64,000 bases of DNA, taken from positions 12,990 to 76,989 of the forward strand of contig CAVQEW010000007.1 in assembly GCA_963711655.1 (NCBI GenBank). The letters run 5' to 3'. Positions 63,357-64,000 of the stretch are shown piece after piece (position 1 is the stretch's first letter; every line of letters begins with the position of its first letter). The stretch is from an uncultured Actinomycetota bacterium (GTDB lineage Bacteria > Actinomycetota > UBA4738 > HRBIN12). The notes under the pieces are model-generated. The model was given only the letters and a program-made list of their open reading frames with translations. It searched no databases and was not told where the DNA came from. The translations under genes and the position numbers were made by a program.

Positions 63357-64000
63357 ATGCAGCCCGCCACGGACGCTCCGTCGAGCGCGACCCCCGTCCC
63401 GCCGCCTCCCGCCGACCGCAGGACGCTCGCCGAGGAGGTCCTCGTGGTGCTGTCGCTGTCGGTACTGGCGAGGGCGGCGTACGCGATCCTGTCGCTTCTC
63501 GAGGCGCCGATCGCGGGTGTGATCGTCGCGGCCGCCGACCAATCGAACGCCTTCATCCGCCAGATCCTCGGGTTCGTCTTCGGGCTCGCGCCGGCGCTCC
63601 TCGTGTTCCATCTCGTCCGCCGGAGCGGCGAGGGACTTCCGGCCGTCGGTCTCGAAGCGGACCAGCCGAGACGGGATCTCCTCCGCGGTGCCCTCGTGTT
63701 CGTGGTCGTCGGGATCGCCGGCCTCGGGGTCTACCTGGCCGCGGTGGAGCTCGGCGTGAACCGGTTCGTCGTGCCGACCCCGCCGCTGGGCCACTGGTGG
63801 ACGATCCCGGCGCTCGTCATGAACGCCATGGAAGCGGGCGTGGTCGAGGAGGTGATCGTCCTCGGCTACCTGATCACGAGGCTGCAGCAGCTGTCCTGGC
63901 CGGCGGTGGCTCGCGGTCGGTGCGAGCGCGCTGCTCCGCGGCTCGTATCACCTCTACCAGGGCTGGGGCGGGTTCCTCGGGAACCTCGCCATGGGGGTGA
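63357..64000 (+). pseudogene. CPBP-family (CAAX/Abi) intramembrane protease, partial (runs off the window), one frame change near 63905
   Basis: The open frame from ATG 63357 is not listed in the supplied ORF track. It has several helices, motif 1 VVEEVIVLGYL (EExxxR-like, with Leu at the Arg position), then in another frame ALLRGSYHLYQGWGGFLGNLAMGV (motif 2 His). Confidence 0.6.

Overview
High-G+C bacterial chromosomal window, about 70% G+C in hand-counted 60-nt lines, with actinobacterial-type gene content. I recognise about 60 protein-coding loci. I saw no rRNA, tRNA, CRISPR array, transposase or integrase by eye.

Layout, left to right:
1. 1-470: a low-G+C patch carrying a truncated VIT-family gene.
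2. 0.5-4.7 kb: YfhO-like membrane protein, Wzm/Wzt-type ABC-2 polysaccharide exporter and an MFS transporter.
3. 4.7-12.6 kb, minus strand: a sugar operon of MalK/MsiK-like ATPase, solute-binding lipoprotein, two permeases, a small membrane protein and a GH94 cellobiose-type phosphorylase.
4. 12.7-15.3 kb: CoxD/CoxE-like MoxR ATPase plus VWA protein.
5. 15.3-18.7 kb: a DgcA/DgcB-like pair, a trimethylamine-dehydrogenase-family flavoprotein and a GlcF-type Fe-S protein.
6. 18.8-26.3 kb: ABC-2 exporter, YciI, a PAS-GAF-GAF-PP2C phosphatase, kynA, a beta-propeller lipoprotein and two tandem ACT-domain genes.
7. 26.3-37.8 kb: an 11.4-kb GlgE-pathway operon, glgE-treS/mak-malQ-glgB-glgX, chained by GTGA start/stop overlaps.
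8. 37.9-46 kb: an M15 peptidase gene followed by a lower-G+C block of lipoproteins, an ECF sigma/anti-sigma pair, a cold-shock-domain protein and unassignable membrane proteins. The first 5.4 kb of this block is bracketed by a duplicated copy of the peptidase 3' end.
9. 46-49 kb: an amicyanin-like cupredoxin next to a PQQ-type sugar dehydrogenase, then an aminotransferase.
10. 49207-49344: an uninterrupted 138-nt poly(T) run.
11. 49.4-52.6 kb: a vapBC-like cassette, then glcE and glcD.
12. 52.6-64 kb: assorted small enzymes, a LuxR regulator, an MFS transporter, a repeat protein, pirin, a secreted HExxH protease, an FAD oxidase and a partial CPBP protease.

Roughly half of the genes can only be read full-length after one to more than six frame corrections. 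I label these pseudogene, but sequencing or assembly indels are an equally good explanation.

The observations most worth a second look are the att-like duplicated gene end around the low-G+C island and the T138 tract that starts exactly where the vapC terminator ends. I found no clear-cut new multi-gene system such as a defence system, and I do not claim one.
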